25,150 bases of DNA, from assembly GCA_041497895.1 (NCBI GenBank), contig JBGQHJ010000067.1, positions 1-25,150 on the forward strand, read 5' to 3'. Within the stretch, counting starts at the first letter, position 1; each line of letters opens with the position of its first letter. The DNA is from Candidatus Methylomirabilia bacterium (GTDB lineage Bacteria > Methylomirabilota > Methylomirabilia > Rokubacteriales > CSP1-6). A model generated the notes under the pieces. The model saw nothing but the letters and a program-made list of their open reading frames with translations, did not search any database and was not told the DNA's origin. Positions 15,749 through 24,095 of this stretch are shown piece after piece. The translations under genes and the position numbers were made by a program.

Positions 15749-16938
15749 GCGCGCGCGCCGGCCGGCTCTTCGGGGGACGCTTCTGGGCGCTCGCCCTCAA
15801 GGAGCTGCGCCAGATCCGGCGCGACCGGCGCCTCGCGATGTCGCTGGTGGTGCCGCCGATGCTCCAGGTCCTGCTCTTCGGCTTCGCGCTCGACTCGCAC
15901 GTGCGCGACCTGCGCCTGGGCGTGGTCGACGAGAGTCGCACCTCGGAGAGCCGCGACCTGGTCTCGGCGATCAGCGAGAACCAGACGTTCCGGCTCGCGG
16001 GCTCCTTCCCCACGTCCGCCGAGCTCGGGCGGGCCCTCGCCGCCGGCCGCCTGGACGTGGGGGTGGTGGTGCCCTACGACTACGCGCGGCGGCGCGCGCG
16101 CGGCCGGCCGGTCACGGTGCAGGTGCTCCTCAACGCCGCGAACGCGAACACCGCGCAGATCGCCCAGGGCTACGTGGAAGGCGCGGTGGCGTGGCTGAAC
16201 CAGCAGGCCGCGCGCGACCGGGCGATGGACGGAGTCGCCGCCGACGGCGCGGCCGTGGACGACGGGGCGACCGCCCGGCCGCTCGCGGCCCAGGCCCGGG
16301 TGGAGGTGCGCCCCACCTTCCTCTACAACCCGGGCCTCGTGAACACGTGGTTCATCGTGACCGGGGTCTTCGGCACCCTGATCATCCTGAACGGCTCCCT
16401 CGTCGCGGGCGCCACCATGATCCGGGAGAAGGAGCGGGGCACCGTCGAGCAGCTCCTCATGACGCCGGCCAGCTCGCTCGAGGTCATCGCGGCCAAGATC
16501 ATCCCCCTCTTCGTGCTGCTCATGGGCATGGTCGGGCTCGTGCTCGTGGTGGCGCGCCTCGTCTTCCAGGTCCCGTTCCGCGGCAGCCTGCTCCTGGTGC
16601 TCGTGGCCTGCGGCTGCTGCGTGCTGACCGGGATCGGCATCGGGACGTTCCTCTCGACGTTCGCGCGCTCCGCGAACCAGACCCAGCTCATCGGGTTCTT
16701 CGTGAATCCGCCGCTCGCGATGCTGTCGGGGGCCCTGACCCCGATCGAGGCGATGCCCAAGTGGGTCCAGCCGGTCACCCTGCTGAACCCGATCGCGCAC
16801 TTCGCGAGCGTGGCCCGGGCGGTGCTGGTCAAGGGCGCGGGACTCGACGTGGTCTACCCGCAGCTCCTCGCGCTGGCGGTGCTCGCGGGGGCCCTGGTGG
16901 CGGTGAGCGCCTGGCGCTTCCGGAGCCAGCACAGCTGA
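15745..16938 (+). CDS. ybhR: ABC-2 type permease, YbhR-like
   Basis: KELRQIRRD, YNPGL, REKERGTVEQLLMTP, LSGALTPIEAMP. GTGA overlap gives start 15745. Confidence 0.85.
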   Translation: MSARAGRLFGGRFWALALKELRQIRRDRRLAMSLVVPPMLQVLLFGFALDSHVRDLRLGVVDESRTSESRDLVSAISENQTFRLAGSFPTSAELGRALAAGRLDVGVVVPYDYARRRARGRPVTVQVLLNAANANTAQIAQGYVEGAVAWLNQQAARDRAMDGVAADGAAVDDGATARPLAAQARVEVRPTFLYNPGLVNTWFIVTGVFGTLIILNGSLVAGATMIREKERGTVEQLLMTPASSLEVIAAKIIPLFVLLMGMVGLVLVVARLVFQVPFRGSLLLVLVACGCCVLTGIGIGTFLSTFARSANQTQLIGFFVNPPLAMLSGALTPIEAMPKWVQPVTLLNPIAHFASVARAVLVKGAGLDVVYPQLLALAVLAGALVAVSAWRFRSQHS

Positions 16939-16968
16939 CCGCCGGCCCGGCCGGCCCGGAGGGGGCGT

Positions 16969-18018
16969 CTAGGAGATCTGGGCCCGGACCGCGCGCGCCC
17001 CGTCGCTCAGCGCGCGCAGCTTGCCGAAGGCGGTCTCGCGCGGCAGGTACTTCATGCCGCAGTCGGGCGCCAGGACGAGGCGCTCGGGCGGCACGCGAGC
17101 CAGCCCGGCGCGGACCCGCTCCACCACCCGGTCGACGGTCTCGACGCCGGGATCGCCCAGGTCGATCACCCCCAGGATGATGGTCTTGCCCGCGAGATCG
17201 GCCAGCACCCCCAGGTCGAGCCGAGGCTGGGCGGCCTCGATCGAGATCTGCCGGGCGATGGTCTCGGCGAGCTGGGGCAGGAACGAGTAGCCGGTCGGCT
17301 TCTGGTGCCGGACCACCGCCGCGTAGCCGAAGCAGAGGTGGAGCGCGGTCGGCACCGTGAGGCCGGCGAGCGCGCGATTGATCGCGGGCACCGCATAGCG
17401 CTTGGCGCCCTCCGGATCGTTGCGGAGCCACGGCTCGTCGAGCTGGATCACGTCGGCTCCCGCGGCCTGCAGCTCGAGGGCCTCCGCGTTGACCGCCACC
17501 GCGAAGTCCATCGCCAGCTCCTCCACGTCGCGGTAGAACTCGTTCTTGGCCTGCTGGGCCATGGTGAACGGGCCGGGCAGGGTGATCTTGGCCGGGTGGT
17601 CGGTGTGGCGCCGGAGGAACTGCATGTCGCGCAGCTCCACCGGCCGGGTCCGCCGCACGCGCCCGACCACCCGCGGCACGTGGGTCTGGTTGCCGTAGCG
17701 GTCGGTGATCACCGCGGGCTGGGCCACGTCCACGCCGTCGAGCGCGGTGGCGAAGCGGTTGGAGTAGCTCTCCCGCCGGATCTCCCCGTCGCTGATGATG
17801 TCGATGCCGGCGCGCTCCATCTCGCGGATGGCCACGATCGTCGCGTCGTCCTGGGCCTGCTCGAGGAAGGGCTCGGGGACGCGCCACATGGCCTGCAGGC
17901 GGACGCGGGGCACGCCTTTCGACAGGAGCGCGCGATCGACGAGCCAGTCCGGCTGCGGATAGCTTCCTATCACGGTCGTTGTCAGAACGGGGGTCGTCGC
18001 GAGGACGGGCTGGGGCAT
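16969..18018 (-). CDS. Stand-alone cobalamin-independent methionine synthase catalytic (MetE C-terminal core) family Zn enzyme, function uncertain
   Basis: TTVIGSYPQP, DGEIRR, K..LPGPFT, IQLDEP, Zn ligands HLC...E...PDCG. Only 349 aa (no N-terminal MetE barrel). AAGGAG RBS. Confidence 0.9.
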   Translation of the reverse strand: MPQPVLATTPVLTTTVIGSYPQPDWLVDRALLSKGVPRVRLQAMWRVPEPFLEQAQDDATIVAIREMERAGIDIISDGEIRRESYSNRFATALDGVDVAQPAVITDRYGNQTHVPRVVGRVRRTRPVELRDMQFLRRHTDHPAKITLPGPFTMAQQAKNEFYRDVEELAMDFAVAVNAEALELQAAGADVIQLDEPWLRNDPEGAKRYAVPAINRALAGLTVPTALHLCFGYAAVVRHQKPTGYSFLPQLAETIARQISIEAAQPRLDLGVLADLAGKTIILGVIDLGDPGVETVDRVVERVRAGLARVPPERLVLAPDCGMKYLPRETAFGKLRALSDGARAVRAQIS

Positions 18019-18022
18019 GACG

Positions 18023-18781
18023 TCACGCTCCTTGGCGATACGCGGCGACCTTGCGCTCCAGGCCGCGAAGAAGGACCTCGTGCAGGCCGGTGATCAGGAG
18101 CACGAGCACGATGCCGGCGTAGACCCCGGGACTGTTGAGCAGGGTGCGGTGCCGGGTGATGAGGAAGCCCAGGCCCTCGGCCGCCCCCAGCATCTGGGCC
18201 ACGATGACGCCCACGATGACGAGCGCACCGCCCAGGCGGAGCGCGGCCACGATGGAGGGCAGGCTCGCGGGGAGGGCGATGTAGAGGATCTGCTGGGAGC
18301 GAGTGGCCCCGAAGGCGCGCGCGGTCTCCGCCAGCGCGGGGCTGAGCGCGCCCACCCCCGCCACCGAGGTGAGCATGGTGGGAATGAAGGCGTAGATCGA
18401 GGCGAACGCGATCTTCGACTGCGAGCCGAGGCCGAACCACACCATCATGACCGGGTAGAGCACCACCAGCGGCACCGCGTAGGCGCTGCGCAGCACCGGC
18501 AGCAGCATCCGCTGCGCGATGGCGGAGGACCCGACGAGCTGGCCGAGCCCGATGCCGCCGCCACAGACGATGACGTAGGAGACGAGGATCTCGCCGAACG
18601 TGGTGGGGAGGCTGCCGAGATACTCGCGATGATCGGCGACGAGAGCCCCGAGGGCCTCGCTGAGCGGCGGCACGAAGAGCCGCGGGACCAGCCCGGCGCG
18701 CGGCAGGATCTCCCAGGCCGCGAGGATCCCCAGGTAGAGCACGGCCTGGCTCAGGCGCGGGTGTCGCTCCGGCCAGGTCAT
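18023..18781 (-). CDS. ABC transporter permease, NitT/TauT (SsuC-like) family
   Basis: About six TMs, EAA loop ETARAFGATRSQ...ALPASLP, GLG motif. Confidence 0.92.
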   Translation of the reverse strand: MTWPERHPRLSQAVLYLGILAAWEILPRAGLVPRLFVPPLSEALGALVADHREYLGSLPTTFGEILVSYVIVCGGGIGLGQLVGSSAIAQRMLLPVLRSAYAVPLVVLYPVMMVWFGLGSQSKIAFASIYAFIPTMLTSVAGVGALSPALAETARAFGATRSQQILYIALPASLPSIVAALRLGGALVIVGVIVAQMLGAAEGLGFLITRHRTLLNSPGVYAGIVLVLLITGLHEVLLRGLERKVAAYRQGA

Positions 18782-19551
18782 CGCCGCTCCGCGCTCTTGA
18801 TGTGCTGCCAGATGCGGTCCTTGAGCGCGCCGAACCGCTCGCTTCCGGTCATCGCGAAGGTGCGCGGGCGGGGCAGGTCCACCGAGACGTCGTCGACCAC
18901 GCGCCCCGGGCGGGCGCTCAGCACCACCACGCGGTCCGCGAGGTAGACCGCCTCGTTCAGGCTGTGGGTCACGAAGAGCACCGTCTTGCGCGTCCCCGAC
19001 CAGATGCGCAGCAGCTCGTCGCCCAGCACCATGCGGGTCTGCTCGTCGAGCGAGGCGAACGGCTCGTCCATGAGGAGCACCGCCGGGTTCTGCACGAGGC
19101 CCCGGGCGATGGCCACGCGCTGCTTCATGCCGCCGGAGAGCTGGTGCGGGAGGCGGTCCTCGAAGCCCGCGAGGCCGGTCAGCTCGAGCATGCGCCGGGC
19201 CGCGAGGAGCCGCTCCGCCTTCGCCACCCGCCGCAGCTTGAGCGGGAACGCCACGTTGTCGACCGCGGAGAGCCAGGGCAGGAGGTTGGCCTCCTGGAAG
19301 ATCATGCCGACCTTGCGCGGCATCGGGGCGGTGATCGGCTCGCCGTCGCAGAGCACGGTGCCGCTCGAGGGCAGCCGCAGCCCCGCGACCAGCGAGAGCA
19401 GGGTGGACTTGCCGCAGCCGCTCGGACCCACCACCGCCACGAACTGGCCGTCCGGGATCTCGAGGCTGATCGAGTCGAGCGCGACCACGCCGGCCCCGTC
19501 CGCGCCGAAGCGCTGCGAGACTCCACGGATCGCGACGAGGGCGCGGGTCAC
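18778..19551 (-). CDS. ABC transporter ATP-binding protein, NitT/TauT (SsuB/TauB-like) family
   Basis: GPSGCGKST, FQE..LLPWL, PHQLSGGMKQR, LLMDEPF, VTHS. GTG 19551 overlaps the upstream permease stop. Confidence 0.95.
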   Translation of the reverse strand: MTRALVAIRGVSQRFGADGAGVVALDSISLEIPDGQFVAVVGPSGCGKSTLLSLVAGLRLPSSGTVLCDGEPITAPMPRKVGMIFQEANLLPWLSAVDNVAFPLKLRRVAKAERLLAARRMLELTGLAGFEDRLPHQLSGGMKQRVAIARGLVQNPAVLLMDEPFASLDEQTRMVLGDELLRIWSGTRKTVLFVTHSLNEAVYLADRVVVLSARPGRVVDDVSVDLPRPRTFAMTGSERFGALKDRIWQHIKSAERR

Positions 19552-20303
19552 GTGCGCCGCCGCCACGCGCCGAGCCGGCTCTCGACCGCGCGCAGCGCCT
19601 CGTTGACCGCCACCGCGGCGGCGGCCACGATCACGAGGGCGGCGTAGAGCTGCGGCATCTGGAGGTTCTCGCCCCACGCCGCGATGCGGTAGCCGATGCC
19701 GTCGCGCGCCCCGTAGATCTCGCACAGGAGCACCGCGGTGATGTTGAACACCATGGCGAGTCGCGCCGACTCGAGCAGGATCGGGGCCATCGCGGGGAAG
19801 TAGATCTCGCGGATGATCTGCCCGCGGCTGGCCCCGTAGACCCGGCTCACCGTGATCAGCTCGCGCGGCACCGACTGCACCGCCGCGATGCCGCCGGTGA
19901 TCAGCACGAAGACGGTGGTGAACACGCCGAAGGCGATCTTCTGCGGGATGCTCACCCCGAACACGAGGATGAACACGGGCAGGAAGATGGACTTGGGCAC
20001 GCCGAAGAGGAAGTTGACCAGCGGCCGGAACAGCGAGCCCAGGAGCGGCACCTCGGCCAGGAGGAAGCCCAGGAGCAGGCCGACCGGCAGCGCCACCAGG
20101 AACGCCGCGAGTACCTCCCAGGCGGTCACCCCCAGGCTGGCCCGGACCTCGGGCCGTCCGGCCAGCCGGATCAGCGATTCGACGACCGTGCTCGGCGCGG
20201 GCGCGAGGCTCGCGTCGAGGCGGCCCGCGCGCACCAGCGCCTCCCAGAGCGCGAAGAGGCCCAGGACGGCAGCGGCGACGATCAGGCGCTCGTGCCGCCG
20301 CAT
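19548..20303 (-). CDS. ABC transporter permease, NitT/TauT family
   Basis: C-terminal 251 aa of the 815-aa track ORF (MRRHERL...): TMs, APST, VPK..FLP, EAA-like VSRVYGASRGQ, GIG. Confidence 0.9.
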   Translation of the reverse strand: MRRHERLIVAAAVLGLFALWEALVRAGRLDASLAPAPSTVVESLIRLAGRPEVRASLGVTAWEVLAAFLVALPVGLLLGFLLAEVPLLGSLFRPLVNFLFGVPKSIFLPVFILVFGVSIPQKIAFGVFTTVFVLITGGIAAVQSVPRELITVSRVYGASRGQIIREIYFPAMAPILLESARLAMVFNITAVLLCEIYGARDGIGYRIAAWGENLQMPQLYAALVIVAAAAVAVNEALRAVESRLGAWRRRT

Positions 20304-20314
20304 CGCCCCGGCCT

Positions 20315-21277
20315 CTAGGGCTTGGTGGGCGTGATCGGCATGTTCATGAAGACCTCGGCCGCCGGCGCCATGTCCTTCACCCCGCTCGCGGCGGCCAGCT
20401 CCATGGCCTTCTCCACCGAGGCGAGCGTGATCTTGCCGTCGCGGGACAGGCGCAGGAAGGTCTTCTCGTACTCCATCTTGGCGATCTCCATCGGCAGCTC
20501 GTTGTTGGAGGCGATGGTCTTGATCGCGTAGTCCGGGTTGTTGCGCAGGTACTCGAGGGCTCCGTAGAGGGCGTTCAGACCCTTCTGGATGAAGGGGCGC
20601 CGCTCGTTCAGGTTCTTCTCGGTGGCGGCCCAGCCCCCGATCAGGTTCGGGGGCATCGCGGTGGCGAAGTCCATCAGCACGCGCACCTTGCCCTCCGAGA
20701 CGACCTGATAGCTGAGCGGGGAGTAGATCACCGCGGCGGCCAGGTTGTCGTTGAGCAGGTTGGGCACCAGGCCGCCGCCGCCCACCGAGACGCGCTGGAA
20801 GGTCACCTTGTGCTCGCTCTGCGCCCAGAGGGCGAGTGTGTCGGTGCCGGACCCGGCCGAGGTGATGCCCACCTTCTTGCCGTCCAGCTCCTTGGCCGAC
20901 TTGATCGGCGAGGCGGTCCGCACCCCGAGGATCCAGCCCGACCACTCGTCGCCGTTGCCGCCCACGATCTTCGTCAACACGCCGCGTTTCCGGGAGGTCG
21001 CCACGAGCGGCACCGCCACCGGGCCCAGGTCGGCCGAGTTCGCCGCGATCGCCTCGAAGGTCTCCCCGCCGCCCCGGTAGATGGTGATCTCCGGCCGGAG
21101 CCCCTCCTTCTCGAAGAGCCCCTTCTCCTTCGCCACGGTGGCGAGGATGGTCGGGAAGTAGGTCTTGGTGGGGCAGCCGATGCGGATGGTCTCCTGGGCG
21201 GGCGCGACCGCGGGCAGCGAGAGCAGCGCGCCGAGGGCGACCAGCACCGCGAGCCGAGCCATGGACGTCGTCGTCAT
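20315..21277 (-). CDS. ABC transporter substrate-binding protein, NMT1/THI5/SsuA-like
   Basis: Signal peptide (APA-QE), AKEKGLFEKEGL, ELDGKKVGITSAGSGT, NPD.A motifs. GGAGG RBS. Confidence 0.92.
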   Translation of the reverse strand: MTTTSMARLAVLVALGALLSLPAVAPAQETIRIGCPTKTYFPTILATVAKEKGLFEKEGLRPEITIYRGGGETFEAIAANSADLGPVAVPLVATSRKRGVLTKIVGGNGDEWSGWILGVRTASPIKSAKELDGKKVGITSAGSGTDTLALWAQSEHKVTFQRVSVGGGGLVPNLLNDNLAAAVIYSPLSYQVVSEGKVRVLMDFATAMPPNLIGGWAATEKNLNERRPFIQKGLNALYGALEYLRNNPDYAIKTIASNNELPMEIAKMEYEKTFLRLSRDGKITLASVEKAMELAAASGVKDMAPAAEVFMNMPITPTKP

Positions 21278-21310
21278 GGATTCCTCCTGGGTGGATGCGC
21301 GTCGCCGCGA

Positions 21311-21319
21311 ATCCTAGCA
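21311..21319 (-). promoter_or_regulatory. Extended -10 promoter (TGcTAGGAT) of the importer/MetE-core operon
   Basis: Plus-strand atcctagca reads TGCTAGGAT on the minus strand, 33 nt upstream of ATG 21277. Confidence 0.6.
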
Positions 21320-21322
21320 CGG

Positions 21323-21351
21323 TTGACCCACCTCCCCGACGGCGGTAGATT
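21323..21351 (+). promoter_or_regulatory. Sigma70 promoter of the LLM-lactonase operon
   Basis: TTGACC (21323-21328)-N17-TAGATT (21346-21351). Confidence 0.7.
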
Positions 21352-21392
21352 CGGCCGCGGCCGTCTCCGTGGACGGCGAGCGAGGAGGACAC

Positions 21393-22247
21393 ATGGACGC
21401 AGGCGCGGCGATCTTCTTCACCGACTACTCGATGGGACCGGCCGCGCTCGGCCGGGCGCTGGAGGAGCGTGGGTTCGAGTCGCTCTGGGCGCCCGAGCAC
21501 TCGCACATCCCGCTCTCGCGTGCCTCCGCGTTCCCGCAGGGCGGGGAGCTGCCCAAGAAGTACTACGACGTGATGGATCCCTTCGTCACCCTCGCGGCCG
21601 CCGCGGCGGCCACCACGCGGCTCCGGGTGGCGACCGGGATCTGCCTGGTGGTCCAGCGTGACCCGATCCAGACCGCCAAGGCGGTGGCGAGCCTCGACCA
21701 GGTCTCCGGCGGCCGCTTCCTGTTCGGGGTCGGGGCGGGCTGGAACGCGGAGGAGATGGCCGATCACGGGACCGAGTTCAAGTCGCGCTTCGAGGTGATG
21801 CGCGAGCGGGTAGAGGCGATGCGGCTCATCTGGACGAAGTCCAAGCCCGAGTACACGGGCGCGTTCGTCAAGTTCCCACCGATGATGACGTGGCCCAAGC
21901 CGGTGCAGAAGCCGCACCCGCCGGTGCTGGTCGGCGGCGCGTTCCCCCATGGGGCGCGGCGGGCCCTCGCCTACGGCGACGGCTGGGTCCCGCACGCGCG
22001 GCGGCCCGCCTACGGCGACGTGCTCGGCAAGCTGCCCGAGTTCGCCGCGCTCGCCCGGGAGGCCGGCCGGGATCCGGCCACGGTGCCGATCACCGTGTTC
22101 GGGGTGGCCGAGGACGGCGACCTCATCAAGCGCTACCGCGACGCGGGCGTGGCGCGGCTCATCTTCAATCTTCCATCCGCCAAGTCCGACGAGGTGCTCC
22201 CCGTGCTCGATCGCTGCTCGGCACTCATGCGGCAGGTGCGGTCCTGA
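21393..22247 (+). CDS. LLM-class oxidoreductase, probably F420-dependent (Rv2161c/TIGR03619-like)
   Basis: EERGFESLWAPEHSHIP, DPFVTL, SGGRFLFGVGAGWN.EEM, PKPVQKPHPP, DGW. AGGAGG RBS before ATG 21393. Confidence 0.92.
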   Translation: MDAGAAIFFTDYSMGPAALGRALEERGFESLWAPEHSHIPLSRASAFPQGGELPKKYYDVMDPFVTLAAAAAATTRLRVATGICLVVQRDPIQTAKAVASLDQVSGGRFLFGVGAGWNAEEMADHGTEFKSRFEVMRERVEAMRLIWTKSKPEYTGAFVKFPPMMTWPKPVQKPHPPVLVGGAFPHGARRALAYGDGWVPHARRPAYGDVLGKLPEFAALAREAGRDPATVPITVFGVAEDGDLIKRYRDAGVARLIFNLPSAKSDEVLPVLDRCSALMRQVRS

Positions 22248-23185
22248 TGGCCACCCACAAGCCTGCCTTCAAGCAGATCGCGTCCGGGCTGCGCTTTCCC
22301 GAGGGGCCGGTGGCGATGCCGGACGGCTCCGTGATCCTCGTGGAGATCGAGCGCCGCACGCTCTCGCGCGTGACGCCGGACGGCAAGGTGCACGTTATCG
22401 CCAGCCTCGGGGGCGGCCCGAACGGGGCGGCGATGGGGCCGGGCGGCAAGATCTACGTGACCAACAACGGAGGGCTCAAGTTCCTGGAGCGACCGGGCAA
22501 GCTCTTCCCGGTGGCCCAGGCCGACGACTACGCCACCGGCAGCATCCAGATCGTCGATGCCGAGAGCGGCAAGTTCGACACCCTCTACGACCGCTGCGGG
22601 GCCGAGCGCCTGCGGGGGCCGAACGACCTCGTGTTCGACGGGGCGGGTGGGTTCTGGTTCACCGACCTCGGCAAGACGCGCGAGCGCGACAACGACCGCG
22701 GCGTCGTCTACTACGCGAAGGCCGACGGGTCGATGATCCGCGAGGCGATCTTCCCGCTCGAGCGGCCCAATGGCATCGGGCTCTCGCCGGACGAGAAGAC
22801 CCTGTACGTGGTCGAGACGCCGACCGCGCGCTGCTGGTCGTTCAAGCTCTCCGGGCCGGGCCAGATCGAGTCCGCCAACGGGCCGTATCGCGGAGAGAAG
22901 GGCACGGTGGTGGTCGGCCTGGGCGGCTACCAGATGTTCGACTCGCTCGCGGTCGACGGGGAGGGCCACGTCTGCGTGGCCACCCTCATCACCGGGGCGG
23001 TGAGCGACATCTGGCCGGACGGCAGCCGGGTCGACCAGTACATGCTGCCGGACATGATGGTCACGAACGTCTGCTTCGGCGGGAGGGACCTGCGCACCGC
23101 GTACGCGACGCTCTCGATGGGCGGCACGCTCGTGTCGTTCGTGTGGCCGCGCCCGGGTCTGCCGCTGCGGTATCTCAACCGCTGA
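22247..23185 (+). CDS. SMP-30/gluconolactonase/LRE family six-bladed beta-propeller hydrolase
   Basis: Metal ligands in FPEGP, GPNDL, PNGIGLSPD and FDSLAVD; TNVCFGG. No signal peptide. TGATG overlap with the LLM gene. Confidence 0.93.
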   Translation: MATHKPAFKQIASGLRFPEGPVAMPDGSVILVEIERRTLSRVTPDGKVHVIASLGGGPNGAAMGPGGKIYVTNNGGLKFLERPGKLFPVAQADDYATGSIQIVDAESGKFDTLYDRCGAERLRGPNDLVFDGAGGFWFTDLGKTRERDNDRGVVYYAKADGSMIREAIFPLERPNGIGLSPDEKTLYVVETPTARCWSFKLSGPGQIESANGPYRGEKGTVVVGLGGYQMFDSLAVDGEGHVCVATLITGAVSDIWPDGSRVDQYMLPDMMVTNVCFGGRDLRTAYATLSMGGTLVSFVWPRPGLPLRYLNR

Positions 23186-24084
23186 TGCGCTTCGGGATCT
23201 GGCTGCCCAACTGCCGCCACCTCGCCACGCCCGCGATCATCCGCCACGCCGCGGTGCGCGCCGAGCAGCTCGGCTACGACTCGGTGTGGGTGAGCGACCA
23301 CGTGGTGGTGCCGCGCGCCAACGTGGGCAACTTCGGCGAGACCATCTTCGATCCGCTGATCACCCTCGGCGTGGTCGCCGGCGCGACGAGCCGGGTGCGC
23401 CTCGGGACCACGGTGCTGATCGTCCCCTATCGCCAGGCGGTGGTCACCGCCAAGATGGTGTCGTCGCTCGACGCGCTGAGCGGCGGGCGCGTCGTGCTCG
23501 GGGTGGGGGCGGGGTGGGTGGCCGCGGAGAGCGCGATGCTCGGGGTGCCCTTCGCGGAGCGCGGGCCCATGACCGACGAGTACCTGCGCGCGATGCAGGA
23601 GCTGTGGACGAGCCCGTCCCCGTCCTTCGCGGGCAAGTACGTCCGGTTCGACGACCTGCACTTCGAGCCACGACCGATCCAGAAGCCGCACCCGCCGATC
23701 TGGGTCGGCGGGCACAGCCGCGCGGCGCTCCGCCGCACCGTCGAGCTCGGCGCGGCGTGGCATCCGATCAATCGCACCCCGGAGGAGCTGCGGGCCGGGG
23801 TGGCGGAGCTGGCGCGCCTGAGCCGGGAGCGCGGCCGCGCGACCCCGCCCGCGCTGACGCTCCGCAACGACGTGCGGATCCTGAAGTCGGGGGAGAGCGC
23901 GCCGGCCTCCGCCCACGCCGGGCGCGTGGTGGCCGGCGAGCCGGCCGCCCTGGTGGAGCAGATCACGGAGCTGGCCGCGTGTGGGGTCGAGGAGCTGGTG
24001 CTGGAGCTCCTCGCGGCGGACGGCCGCGAGCTCGACGAGCAGATGGCCACCTTCGCCGAGCGCGTCCGGCCTCGCCTGTCCTGA
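23185..24084 (+). CDS. LLM-class oxidoreductase, probably F420-dependent
   Basis: MRFG start, AEQLGYDSVWVSDHVV, DPLITL, LSGGRVVLGVGAGW..E, PRPIQKPHPPIWVGG. TGATG overlap with the lactonase gene. Confidence 0.92.
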   Translation: MRFGIWLPNCRHLATPAIIRHAAVRAEQLGYDSVWVSDHVVVPRANVGNFGETIFDPLITLGVVAGATSRVRLGTTVLIVPYRQAVVTAKMVSSLDALSGGRVVLGVGAGWVAAESAMLGVPFAERGPMTDEYLRAMQELWTSPSPSFAGKYVRFDDLHFEPRPIQKPHPPIWVGGHSRAALRRTVELGAAWHPINRTPEELRAGVAELARLSRERGRATPPALTLRNDVRILKSGESAPASAHAGRVVAGEPAALVEQITELAACGVEELVLELLAADGRELDEQMATFAERVRPRLS

Positions 24085-24095
24085 CCGCCACCCGC

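Noticed and set aside
16939..16968. GC-rich inverted/tandem sequence (gccggcccggccggc) between convergent genes as a terminator
   Set aside because: The stem is short and low-complexity and has no U-tract on either strand, so it cannot be supported.
16969..18018. Calling the gene metE, or a truncated metE pseudogene
   Set aside because: It has its own RBS, intact Zn ligands and a complete single barrel; it is neither full-length MetE nor evidently broken.
19548..24095. Apparent long fusions in the track (815-aa permease, 431-aa lactonase, 711-aa LLM, 545-aa hydrolase)
   Set aside because: The N-terminal parts are off-frame read-through of neighbouring genes; true starts are marked by stop/start overlaps or RBSs.
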